A stretch of DNA of 64,000 bases from Octopus sinensis (taxonomy: Eukaryota), in NCBI RefSeq assembly GCF_006345805.1, contig NC_043011.1:30826464-30890463 (forward strand), given 5' to 3'. Below are positions 27,347 through 38,467 of this stretch, piece by piece. The notes beneath the pieces are model-generated. The model had not been told where the DNA came from and did not search any database. It worked only from the letters and a program-made list of their open reading frames with translations. Every line of letters begins with the position of its first letter. Positions within the stretch are counted from its first letter, which is position 1. The position numbers and the translations under genes were made by a program.

Positions 27347-27384
27347 CAGTTGAAAAGGTCTCAAAATGACCGAAACCGGTACTG
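27347..27384 (+). ncRNA. Minimal type I hammerhead ribozyme fold, U3-A8 core variant, palindromic stem III
   Basis: CAG-TTGAAAA-GGTC-tcaaaat-GACC-GAA-ACCGGT-A-CTG: stem I CAG/CTG, stem II GGTC/GACC, stem III ACCGGT, GUA cleavage triplet. Confidence 0.6.
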
Positions 27385-27475
27385 AAATGTTCTTTATAAA
27401 ATTATTTTAGCATTTTCTATTTTTGGCTTGTTTTTTCATATATATCAACTCGTGTGTTCCTTTTCACCCTTATAC

Positions 27476-27568
<93 letters not shown>

Positions 27569-27689
27569 TATATATACATATAATTCGATTGATATATTTT
27601 GAACTAACAAAAATCCTTTAAAGAAATGTTTGTGTATCAATCTAAGCTCGCCTTTCAATCTACATTATATACAAATAAGTGTAACGGTG

Positions 27690-27955
27690 GGGAACTTAGT
27701 GATTAGTATATTCGGCTAAAACTCGTAAGGCGAGCTTTGTCCTTGAACAAGACACTTTATTTCACGTTACTCCAGTAAACTCAGCTGACAAAAATGTGTT
27801 GTCACATTCTGTGTTGCTCTGAATCTCTCTAAGAACTATGTTTAAGAACACGCGTGTCGGTCGAGTGTACATCCATTTCCACGTTAATTTCACGAGCAGG
27901 CTGTTCTGTTGATCGGATCAATTCGAACGCTCTTCGTCGTAACTGACTGGATACC
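27690..27955 (+). mobile_element. Degenerate SINE with family-4-like CORE segment
   Basis: GTCCTTGAACAAGACACTTTATTTCACGTTACTCCAGTAAACTCAGCTG shared with 26465-26806. Confidence 0.5.
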
Positions 27956-28234
27956 ACTTTAGTATATACAAATAAGCGTGTTTGAAGACTATTTAGAAGT
28001 ACTTCGACTTTAATAGACGACATAATTATACACTGAAGCGGATCTTATTAAAGTGGATTTTGTATTACTCTTGTATCTTTAGCTATATTCCGGGAATCGG
28101 TTAAAATTTTCCACCAACGTACGCACGTATAAATATGATGCGTATTGCCGTTCTCATCACTCCAAGCGGTGCAACCCTTAGTACAGGTACTGTACTCGAA
28201 TTATTTTCTATTTCCAATTTTTTACTCATATTTA

Positions 28235-29680
28235 GGAATGTCGTATGAATATCAACATCACATTCAAGTATTATGATTATGTGTATTTTCGTCAATTTAC
28301 GAAAAGAATCCGTGGATGTTTTAATGAGAGAAACTTTTAGAATGTTTTTTTTTTCTCTTTCTGCCACATATTCTCTCTTACTCACCCTCCCTCTCGCGCT
28401 CGCTCTCTCCCTTTACCTCTCTCTCTCCTTCTACTTCTCTCTCCCCCTCTATCTTTCCCAGCTCTATCTTATTCTTTATTTCTCTCTCAACAACCAAATT
28501 ACATTAAATTAGCTTCAAAATTATCATTACTTTGACCTATACTCTCTTTTTTACTCTTTTACTTGTTTCAGTCATTTGACTGCGGCCATGCTGGAACACC
28601 GCCTTTAGTCGAGCAACTCGACCCCGGGACTTATTCGTTGTAAGCCCAGTACTTATTCTATCGGTCTCTTTTTGCCGAACCACTAAGTGACGGGGACATA
28701 AACACACCAGCATCGGTTGTCAAGCAATGCTAGGGGGACAGACACAGACACACAAACATACACGCACACACATATATATATATACATATATACGACGGGC
28801 TTCTTTCAGTTTACGTCTACCAAATCTACTCACAAGGCTTTGGTCGGCCCGAGGCTATAGTAGAAAACACTTGCCCAAGATGCCACGCAGTGGGACTGAA
28901 CGTGGAACCATGTGGCTGGTAGGCAAGATACTTACCACACAGCCACTCCTGCGCAAGCTACTTACCACACAGCCACTCCTGCGCCTATATATCATATATT
29001 ACGCGTTATATATCATATATTACGCGTTATATCCTACGCGTTCTCAACATTGTCAGTAAAATAATATACTATCGGAGGTGCAATTGCTAGAAGCTGAATG
29101 CGACATTCCCGGCACGAAAAACCTTCAGCGACCGGATTAGCAAATAGTTTCGCGGGAATTGCCTGGTGAAAGACTAGCTGGTAGGCTTCAAGGGATCACC
29201 AGGGAAGACATCACATACAAAGTTTAAATATCAAGGACGATACGAAACACGAAAATTGTGTTGCCAGTACTAAATGGATATATTTAAACACGAGAAAACG
29301 AAAATGGCTATCTACAAAATTATTCCGAATATTTCTCGCTAATTATTCTTATATATATATATATATCTGTGTGTGTGTGTATGTATGTATATATATATAT
29401 ATACAGTTCATACCGTCCTGTTTTCTCTGACTTAAGTTTCCTGGTGTAGGTGCTGTCCTTTATTCACCCACCTGTTTCCGTATTTCCTATTTCTTTCATT
29501 CATCCTTTTGTGATGATTCATGAATTTTTAAGTTTTAGTATATCCATGTTCAAATACATGTCTTTTTCGTCTCGGAATGGTCGTCAATACGAGGAATGTA
29601 ACCATTCTCTCATAACGCGAGGCAGGACTGAAAATGCATAGAATTCTCATATTCAATTTGCTTTTAACTATTGCAATTGG
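28235..29680 (+). repeat. Old segmental duplication block, paralogous to 45875-46900
   Basis: ATTTAGGAATGTC...TGACCTATA and AAACCTTCAG.GACC.GATTAGCAAATAG...ATTCAATTT are colinear in both copies. This copy carries an extra SINE. Confidence 0.8.
28548..28986 (-). mobile_element. SINE family 1, full length with duplicated 5' end
   Basis: CTTACCACACAGCCACTCCTGCGC occurs twice. The empty site is visible in the paralog near 46240 (TGACCTATATCATATATT). Confidence 0.88.
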
Positions 29681-29986
29681 CGAACCGCTAAGTTATTTTA
29701 TCGATCTCCTTTGGCGAACCGCTAAGTTATTTTATCGATCACGCTTGGCGAACCGCTAAGTTATTTTATCGATCTCGATTGGTGAACCGCTAGGCTATTT
29801 TATCGATATCCTTTGGTGAACAGCTAATTTATTTATCGATCAACTTTGGCGAACCGGTAAGTTATACTATTGATAACGTTTGGCGAACTGCTAAGCTATT
29901 TTTCGATCCCTTATAGCGAACCGCTACGTTATTTTATCGTTCACATTCAGCGAACCACTGGGTTATTTTATCGATCTCCTTTGGCG
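29678..29986. repeat. 33-34-bp minisatellite x~9 (TTGGCGAACCGCTAAGTTATTTTATCGATCnnnn)
   Basis: Units start near 29678, 29711, 29745, 29779, 29813, 29846, 29880, 29913 and 29947; last partial at 29981. Confidence 0.92.
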
Positions 29987-30379
29987 CTTATTCGTTCATT
30001 CCACTCTTCGTTCTTTCTTTCACCCTCTCTCACATTTCTTTGCCTTCTTTTCTTACTCACTTTTCACTTCACTATGTCCCTGTCATTCTTTTCGTCTCTC
30101 CTTAATTCTTCTGTCCATCCGCTTCTGCAACTCTCTCTCTCTCTCTCTCTTCTCTTCTCCTTCCTTCATTCTTTTGTTCCCCTTTTTCTCTCTCTTCTCT
30201 TCCCACGTGACCGACACACCAGACTGTTAGCTCTCTCTTTTTGAGTCTGACCGTGGTCATGGCAACATCGATATTCCTCTCTGTGTTTGTGAAATCTAGT
30301 ATGCCTGCCGTAAGGCTTCATTTCCACACACGCCAGCTTAATTCAATTCCTTCCCAGTCGAAAGACACCTGTTATATCC

Positions 30380-30446
<67 letters not shown>

Positions 30447-30450
30447 GTTA

Positions 30451-30509
<59 letters not shown>

Positions 30510-31063
30510 GAGTGAGCGAGCAGAGCATGCCATCAAAGTGACACTGGGGTAAAATATACGAAGCCCAGTATACCCATCATGACTACCCGTCTGATAAGGG
30601 TACACCAGGCACATGCATCACAACCATATGTGCGCGACATGGTGATCTCATATCAAGATAAACAGCACATGACCTTGCAGGTGGAGCCCAGTTAGAATTT
30701 TCTTCAGATCGAGTAACCCATCCCGCTCAAAAGGTCCCTGAATAAGGGTTGTTTAAGGACGTTGAACGAAACACCCATGTTTCCAGAGGTGATTTATTCA
30801 AACCCCAAAGAATCCTTCTCAACACATGGTTATGATGCTCCCCCACTACTTCTGCTCGTGATCAGAGATGCACATATCGTCAGCCACTAAGGGACATGCT
30901 CAACTGGTTACGGTCAAACAACTGACAAGCAAATCTGTGGTATTGAGCAGAATATTTGCTGTAGCCCATCTTTTATACCAAGACAAAACAATGTACATGA
31001 TAACACTTCCAATCAGTTAAGATCAGAAGCCATGAGAGCTACTGCCTGGTACTGCATCAGGGC

Positions 31064-31067
<4 letters not shown>
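30510..31067 (-). mobile_element. Orphan ~555-bp non-coding element flanked by (TTA)n on both sides
   Basis: Complex sequence with sharp ends between two (TTA)n tracts. No LINE-like ORF and no tRNA A/B boxes recognised. Strand inferred from the polarity of the neighbouring Dong copy. Confidence 0.55.
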
Positions 31068-31122
<55 letters not shown>

Positions 31123-31123
<1 letters not shown>

Positions 31124-31552
31124 TTTTTTTTTCTTCTTTCAAATTTGCTTCCATTTCTTGCCGAGTGTCTTCCCGACTCCTAGGGCAAAGAAACTCATAG
31201 CATACATTGGTAGGCCATTAAACCAAACTCAATAGTTCGTTCATTTTTTTTTTTTTTTTTTTAAAGTTAAATTAAAATACATGAGCAGCAACAGTTCTCA
31301 CATCGACAATGCTCTTCTCAATACGTGTGATGTACCAGTTAAGACAATCTTTTGCACTTCTTGCAGGATGGTAAGCCAGGGATCATTCTCATATAATTTT
31401 CGGTCCCCTTCTTGATCATTCCTAGTGCTCCTACGATCACTGGTATTGTAACCGCCTTGAGATGCCACATTTTCTCATTTCAATGAGTAGGTCTTTATAT
31501 TTTCTGAGCTTGTCAAACTCTTTCGCTGAGATATTATGATCACAGGGGATGC

Positions 31553-31553
<1 letters not shown>
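31123..31553 (-). mobile_element. Dong/R4 family alpha, short 3' fragment in (TTA)n
   Basis: Reverse complement of about 4070-4495 (IP.DHNISAKEFDKLRKYKDL...VIVGALG plus 3'UTR). Confidence 0.9.
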
Positions 31554-31620
<67 letters not shown>

Positions 31621-31986
31621 GTTGTTATTTTTATTGTATTTTGTATTTATATTTGTGTAACGTTGTCTGTTTTTCCGTCCTTGTTTTCGTATACATTCGA
31701 TGCTTTCTTCCAAGGAATCTAATGCTCTTTGCTTAGTTTTTCCTTGGGGCTGGCTGGATTAGAGCAATCTCAAAATTAATCAGCCGAAATTGCGAGGATG
31801 ATCCGGTTCTTGACTGAGGATAGAAAGCTATGAGTGACCCGTCCTTGTTATTTTGTATCGTCTATCTGAATGTTTTGTTCTTCCTTTTTCTATCACCTAG
31901 TTGTCCGGATATTTTGCGTTCTTGTCCCATTTTGTATTATATATATATAGCGACGTACGTACACTTTGTTCTCTTTTATATATATA

Positions 31987-32047
<61 letters not shown>

Positions 32048-32069
32048 CATACATACATACATACATACA

Positions 32070-32103
<34 letters not shown>

Positions 32104-32294
32104 AGCACACTTTCTTATTGTTGATGGGTGCTTAATATTTGACACATTTCCGTTCATGGAAATCATAATCATGTATAATTAATATTTGGTAAATGTATTT
32201 CGTGTTTTTGTACAAATTTTTGTTGATTTAACTCCCAAAATAACGGGTAATATTTCACACAGCTTTCTGAAATAAAATATTTACAAACCACACT

Positions 32295-32310
32295 CTTTTT
32301 GTCTTTACAG
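32295..32310 (+). promoter_or_regulatory. Probable splice acceptor of a 5'UTR intron of GPCR1
   Basis: CTTTTTGTCTTTACAG, 87 nt before the ATG; an equivalent site precedes GPCR2. Confidence 0.55.
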
Positions 32311-32396
32311 AAAATACAAGAAATATTTCTCTCACTTAGAAAGCTGTCTTCACAGTTTCAAACAATATTTCCAAGAATTTGGAGGAAAATAAGAAA

Positions 32397-33491
32397 ATGG
32401 AGCCAAATAATAGTGCCAATGTTTGTACTAGAATTTTAGAAGAAACAAATATTAAAATGGTGAATGTTTATTTTCCAGTAATAGTGTATCTCGGAATTGC
32501 AATGATACTTGGATCAATTGGAAATTGCTTTGTATCATATATATACTATTATAAATTTGATGAGACAGCTACGCATATATTCACTGTAGCACTCTCCATA
32601 TGTGATTTTCTAACTTGCGTAATATGTATACCTATGGACATTATAGTTCTATATTTTCCCTACACTTTTCACAGTGATACTGCATGCCGTGTTATACGTT
32701 ATGCGGTAGCTATAGCAATAATCAACTCGGCTTTGATTGTGTTCATTATAGCAGTTGATAGATACATTCTCATATGTCGACCTCTTAAGCAAAATATTTC
32801 CGTTAAAAACTCGAAAAAAATTCTAGTATTTTTAACAATTTGCGCATTAGTTCTTTGTATGCCAGCATTTTTTGTACACAGCAAACAAAACAAAATGTTG
32901 GAACAATGTGGAAATATTGGAGAAATGTGTTCACTTTCTCCCTATATAAATGGCACAATGTATCCTTTAGTTTATTATACTTTCGGATTGACAGCTTCCT
33001 CTGGTGTATTTATAACTTTTGTGGTTATATACTTATTAATTGGAATGCGCATTTGGAAAATTTACAAAGCGAAGAAAAAAAGAGCAAATCATGAAGTTTA
33101 CACAACTTGTACCATTTCCAAATCTGAAATTCTTTTTACCGATACTAGTTCTTCAGAGAAGCGATCTACCTCTTTTGCGCGTCTTAAAAAACGATCAATG
33201 CCACCAGCTCGGTCTAGTTTAATATTTTTCATCATCACTTTGGTCTGGATTATCGCCTATATACCACATTTCGGCGGAGTATTCTGGAGGTTGTTTGTTA
33301 AAGATTTTGATGACGTTTCAAGTGATAAAGATCTAGTGATTAACAAGTTTTTGTCCTATTCTTTTTATCTCAGCCCTGCTCTTCACCCATACATCTATGG
33401 ACTTTTCAGTCGACAGTTTCGTAATGAATTGCTGGTCTCATTTCGCAAAATTTCCCAACCATGTAAAGAAAAAAATATCGAAACTCGTTGA
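32397..33491 (+). CDS. Orphan class A (rhodopsin-like) GPCR, 364 aa, intronless CDS (GPCR1)
   Basis: Seven hydrophobic helices; N-terminal NNS sequon; GSIGN (TM1), LSICD (TM2), AVDRYILICRP (TM3), IAYIP (TM6), LHPYIY (TM7), FRNEL (helix 8). The ORF track starts at TTG 32379; first ATG is 32397. Confidence 0.93.
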   Translation: MEPNNSANVCTRILEETNIKMVNVYFPVIVYLGIAMILGSIGNCFVSYIYYYKFDETATHIFTVALSICDFLTCVICIPMDIIVLYFPYTFHSDTACRVIRYAVAIAIINSALIVFIIAVDRYILICRPLKQNISVKNSKKILVFLTICALVLCMPAFFVHSKQNKMLEQCGNIGEMCSLSPYINGTMYPLVYYTFGLTASSGVFITFVVIYLLIGMRIWKIYKAKKKRANHEVYTTCTISKSEILFTDTSSSEKRSTSFARLKKRSMPPARSSLIFFIITLVWIIAYIPHFGGVFWRLFVKDFDDVSSDKDLVINKFLSYSFYLSPALHPYIYGLFSRQFRNELLVSFRKISQPCKEKNIETR

Positions 33492-34144
33492 ATTCACCAC
33501 CATATAACCATTCACAAGTGAAATATGTCACCTAAAATGAACACTACAAGTTCTTCCCAGTTTAAAATATATAGAAGCTAAGAAGTTTTTTCTTTTTTTT
33601 TTTTTCATCTTTCACTTGAACAACTGGTATACACGATTCGCCATATAAAAGAATTTTACTTCAACATTTAAGAGTTATTATAAAAGAAATAAAACGTTCA
33701 GAATATGAACTAATTAAACTACACTGAACTAATTAAAGGGTATTTGGTGAGTACTGCGTGTCTGCATATACATATGTGCGTGTGTGCTTGTGTGTGTGTA
33801 TGTATATGTGCGCGCGCATGTATTTATCCATAGAACATTGAATTAAACAATAAACTTTGTTGCTCCCATGAACAGCGATGAAGCCACTTAATAGATGATA
33901 TCTTTAACCAAATGACGTGCAAGAAATAGTAGCCGAATTGATTTCAGACTGCACCGTAACATCTTTAAAGAACAAAGTACACATTGTGAATGAAGTTCGC
34001 GATTTAATCAGACAAGGAAATGAAATAGTAATGAGATTCTCATAACGAAAGGGTAACTACTCATGTTCAGTCTATATTGCTTCCAGCTATGCACATTTCA
34101 GAAAAGAAGCAAGGAGGTACCTTCACATACATACACAGACACAG

Positions 34145-34238
<94 letters not shown>

Positions 34239-34769
34239 CGGATGCACGAGGCGCGTCACATCTCATGAGGCATCCTTACTCACCTGGTATCCTTAAATTG
34301 CCAAATCTGCTACCGTGAGAAAATGAGCACATTTCGCAATGTCTGCGCTGCCTGGAGAAATATCCGTTATAAGAACCCTACGTTGCTGAAACATCACTCC
34401 TTGCAACACGCCGATTAACTTAAGCTAACATTCTGACTACCCTATCACGTAAGTTATTTAATGAAGAAGCAAGAGATGCTGCTAAAATAGTTAAAACAAA
34501 GACGTGACTTCAACTGATGCAATAAACGCTCTCAACAAGAAGCCATTTTCAGTTTCTATTAAATTCTTTTATACCGATCCTGAACGTTGGATGATAAGGA
34601 TTTGTTCATCCCCAACGAAAGTTTATATAATGTGTATTAAATTATGTCTATTAAATAAATACAACTCCAAACATTATTGCTAAGAGTTTTTTTTTCTTTG
34701 TTTGTTCACCCACACACACACACATCACAGACACAAACACATACGCACACGCACATATGTCAACCCATG

Positions 34770-34827
<58 letters not shown>

Positions 34828-34997
34828 ATATAAGTCCATGCTGCTTGTTCTTCAGTAGAGGTTTCTAAGACATCAAGAGAAAAAATTTGTTTCGGTCATA
34901 GCTTGTCACTGATTTTGGTTCAGTTTTAATTTATTAGTCTTGTTTATCAAATCTAAAACTAGAGAATTGTGTCTATTAGGAAAAGGCAGGAAAGAGT

Positions 34998-35570
34998 TGA
35001 CAGAACATAATGGGTATAGTCATAAAACTTGTCAAGATTATTTTGAAGTAGTATAAAGTAACTGGCTATAATGAGGTTGGCTAGTGTAAGATCTCAAAAC
35101 AAGATGTTAATTACCAGTTAAAGGGGCAAGACGCTAATAAAACCAATAATGATAATACAGAGGAAATTTTACCATGGGGTACTATAGGAGATTATTTCAA
35201 ACAATATTGTTATGTTGTATAAAGATAAAATTTAGGGTTATCAAGAAAAATATTATAACCAAATGATAAATTTTGAATAATTTTGACAGAACATATTGGG
35301 TATAGTCATAAAACTTGTCAAGATTATTTGGAAGTAGTATAAAGTAACTGGCTATAATGAGGTTGGGTAGTATAAGATCTCAAAACAAGATGTTAATTAC
35401 CAGTTAAAGGGGAAATACGCTAATAATACCAATGATGATAATACAGAGGAAATGTTTTCATGGGGTACTATAGGTGATTAATTTAAACAATCTTGTTACG
35501 TTGTTTAAAGATAAAGTTTAGGGTTATCAAGAAAAATATTATAACCAAATGATAAATTTTGAATAATTTT
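34998..35570. repeat. 286-bp direct tandem duplication
   Basis: 34998-35283 and 35284-35570. Paralogous blocks at 43.3 kb and 63.3 kb have a single unit. Confidence 0.9.
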
Positions 35571-36465
35571 GAATACATAACTAAATTTTCAACAACGGAG
35601 AGAGAATATTTATTTGTGAAGTAACAGTGCCCTGAATGGTGTCATGTAAAAAACTGCCTTTTAGGATGTTGGTAATCACGTCCATTTTGAATGCGAATAC
35701 ATGTGCATACACGAGCTTATACGAGACTTCAAAATTAGTAGATAAACACATTTGGGGCATCATCTCATTTAGTGATTTCTGTCTTCCTGATTTCCTTTGC
35801 GTTAGCCTTGCTATGTTGGGATAATTAGCTTTCAGTATTGATTAAATGCATTATACGTGAATATTCACGCGTACCGAAATATGAAAATACGAAAATATTG
35901 AAACGTATACTGTTGAATGCAACATGTAACACACACCGAATTTTGTAGATATAAGTACTTGTATCTCGTATAATTCATTATGCTTTCACAAGTAGTGAGC
36001 ATGTATTAGTCCATAAAATACATTTCGCAATATATCTGGTATCTTGTATATATGCTATGTATAAGTTGCACATAAGTATGCAGTTTAGAAATCCAATGAG
36101 TATATGTCTCCTATTTATATTGTCCACATCCGCAATTTTCCAGTTACATCTTAAATTCGCCTAGGTTAAATAGATGGGATAGAGGTCAAGACATCATTCT
36201 TGGCACTTCGTAATTTAAGTTACTTGCACGTGCAATGAAATGTTTCTTTCTTGATGTCCAAATGTTCGCTGTTGATGATTTGGTGTTAAATTCCTCAGTG
36301 GTACAAGGGTGGCAACTGCGGCCTTGTCCCTAATATTTACTGGCAATGATACACCCGCTTCCTTGTGGGTTTCCCACGCTCCTGAAAATACAAGAAATAT
36401 CTTTCTGAATTAATCAAAACACTGTAGCCTCAAACGACATATCCAAGTGCTTGGAGAAAAAGAAA

Positions 36466-37173
36466 ATGGACCAAAACACTAGTTTATCGACGGTGTTAAG
36501 ATCTTTGAAGAACTAAACATAAAAATGGTGAATTATTATTTTGGTGTAATAATTTATCTTTTGGTGTAATAATTTATTCAATGGCACTTGGAACAACTGG
36601 AAATTGCTTTGTATCATATATATACTATTAGAAATTTGATGAAACAGCCAAGCATGTGTTCATTGCAGCATTCGCTGTATGCGATTTCTTGGCTTGCAAA
36701 GTATTTATACCTCTGGAAATGATGGTTCTACATTTTCCAATAATTCTCAGTGATGTTGCATGCCGTGTTATACGTCTTGTGCTAGCTGTAACAATATTCA
36801 TCGTTTGATTGCACTCAATAGAAACTTGCTTATATGTCGGTCTCTTAAAAACAAATTTCCCTTCAGAAATTCTAACAAAATTCTAGCATGTTCTACAATT
36901 TGCCCTTTTTTCTCCAGTATACCAACATTTTTTGTGTACAGCAGAAGAAATTAAAACTGTGGGAGAATGTGGGAAAATTGGAGAAGTGTGTTCATTTTCT
37001 AGCTATTTAGAAGGGACAACATATTCTTTAGTTGAAAAAGATAAATACATATCTTGTAGACGTTGCAAATGATAAAGAACAAGTGATTTACAAATTATTA
37101 ACATATTCCTTTGCTAACTTCATTTCGCAAAATTTTCCAGTTATGAGAATGACAAAATATCAGAACTCCTTGA
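36466..37173 (+). pseudogene. GPCR pseudogene (N-terminus to ECL2 plus TM7/C-tail; TM5-TM6 deleted)
   Basis: ATG GAC CAA AAC..., GNCFVSYIYY* (TAG for TAT), DETAKHVFI, VACRVIR, ICRSLK, ECGKIGEVCSFS, DVANDKEQVIYKLLTYS. Frameshifts and a tandem duplication of TTTTGGTGTAATAATTTAT near 36538-36577. Confidence 0.9.
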
Positions 37174-37404
37174 ACTGAACATTTTATGATCATTCACAGA
37201 TGTTTTATATTACTTAAAATGAACACTACAAGTTCTTGCCTGTTTAAAATATTTAAAAATTAATAAATTTTTCTTTGTTTGTTTGCTTTTTAGCAATTGC
37301 AAACATGATTCGCCATAAAAGACAATGATTTTTGAATATCTAAATATTATATTTAAACAAATAAAGCGTTTTCAGACTACATAACTACATGAACCTTACC
37401 AAAA

Positions 37405-37634
37405 GGCTATCTGGTAAGAAGCTTGCTTCCCAACCACATGATTCCGGATTCAGTCCAACTGCGAGTCACCTTGGGCAAACGTATTCTGCTATAGCCTTGA
37501 GTCGACCAAAGCCTTGTGAGTGGATTTGGTAGACGGAAACTGAAAAGAAGCCAGTCGTATGTGTGTGTGTATGTGTGTGTTTCTGTGTCTGTGTTTGTCT
37601 CTCCTACCATCACTTGACAACCGGTGTTGGCGTG
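37405..37634 (+). mobile_element. SINE family 1, diverged partial copy
   Basis: GGTAAGAAGCTTGCTTCCCAACCACATG...GTAGACGGAAACTGAAA. Confidence 0.75.
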
Positions 37635-37963
37635 CTGAAATTCCTTCTATATCAACTATTCCTTTAAATAGAGATTCTTGTCTTTTAGTCTCGCAGCAGA
37701 CGTACTTGGTACTGTTAGACTAAGATTCGTAACGTGTGAATCTTACAAATGTAGGGCTATGCTTCACCTGACATTCCGCATCATGGCCAACGTCAGATAA
37801 TGTGATCGCCATTACACACATGCACAACACATACGCACGCGCTCTCTGTACCTCGCGCGCGCAGAGAGAGTTATGCAAATTAATTCGGTTAATTGATATA
37901 CATTGATATAGCTTACTTGATAAGAGATATTGGTGTCCCTATATGGTTAGATTAATTAACTTT

Positions 37964-37999
37964 TGTAGTGCCATAGTCTCTTGAGACTATGGCTCTACA
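37964..37999. repeat. Short palindrome TGTAGTGCCATAGTCTC-TT-GAGACTATGGCTCTACA
   Basis: 17-bp arms with one mismatch and a 2-nt loop. Confidence 0.9.
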
Positions 38000-38467
38000 A
38001 CCAGCCAGGAACAGTCTTAGCTACATTTGCGGCACCTGCCAGAGGGAGTGTTTGTCCAGGATAGGACTACACAGCCACAGGAAATGTATCAGGACATGAG
38101 ATATAAAAGCCGGACTAGACTACAAAAAAAAAAAAGATGCGCAACTCCATTGTCTCCCGAGACAGAAAGGATGCCAATTAACTTTTAATTGTAACAGGAT
38201 GAGTGACGTATTAAAATTATATTTACTTGCGAAATGTGTTGAGTCTCTCATGAGAAGAGTAACGAAACGTCTACTAGTACTGCTGGTGGTATGTATATGC
38301 TTATAATATTAATGATTTTCTTATTGCTTAGCTCCGTAATCGAAGCTGATCCAACAAATCAAACATCAAAAACAATTCACCAGTGATCATGTTGTCTCTC
38401 TTTTCTTTTTTTTTTTCAGGAGTTGTATTTCCTGAACCATCTTTTCTAACATAACTTAATATATTGT

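Larger units (their letters stand above)
29990..31980 (+). mobile_element. Non-coding ~0.85-kb repeat unit (segments U-(TTA)n-T-V), interrupted by two insertions in its (TTA)n
   Basis: 29990-30372 is the reverse complement of 42191-42560; 31621-31980 is the reverse complement of 42570-42890. Confidence 0.65.

Noticed and set aside
29678-29986. CRISPR array
   Set aside because: The variable part is only 3-4 nt, there are no cas genes, the context is eukaryotic, and the unit matches a SINE segment.
30990-31067. HDV-like ribozyme at the inferred 5' end of the 555-bp element
   Set aside because: A 3-bp P3 (AGC/GCT) with a 7-nt loop exists, but P1 and P2 partners and the loop consensus do not fit.
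31805-31845. Hammerhead in segment V (also near 42660-42690 and 61245-61280)
   Set aside because: CTGA(A/G)GA is present, but stem II is weak and GAAA reads GAAT or GAGT; not called as a ribozyme.
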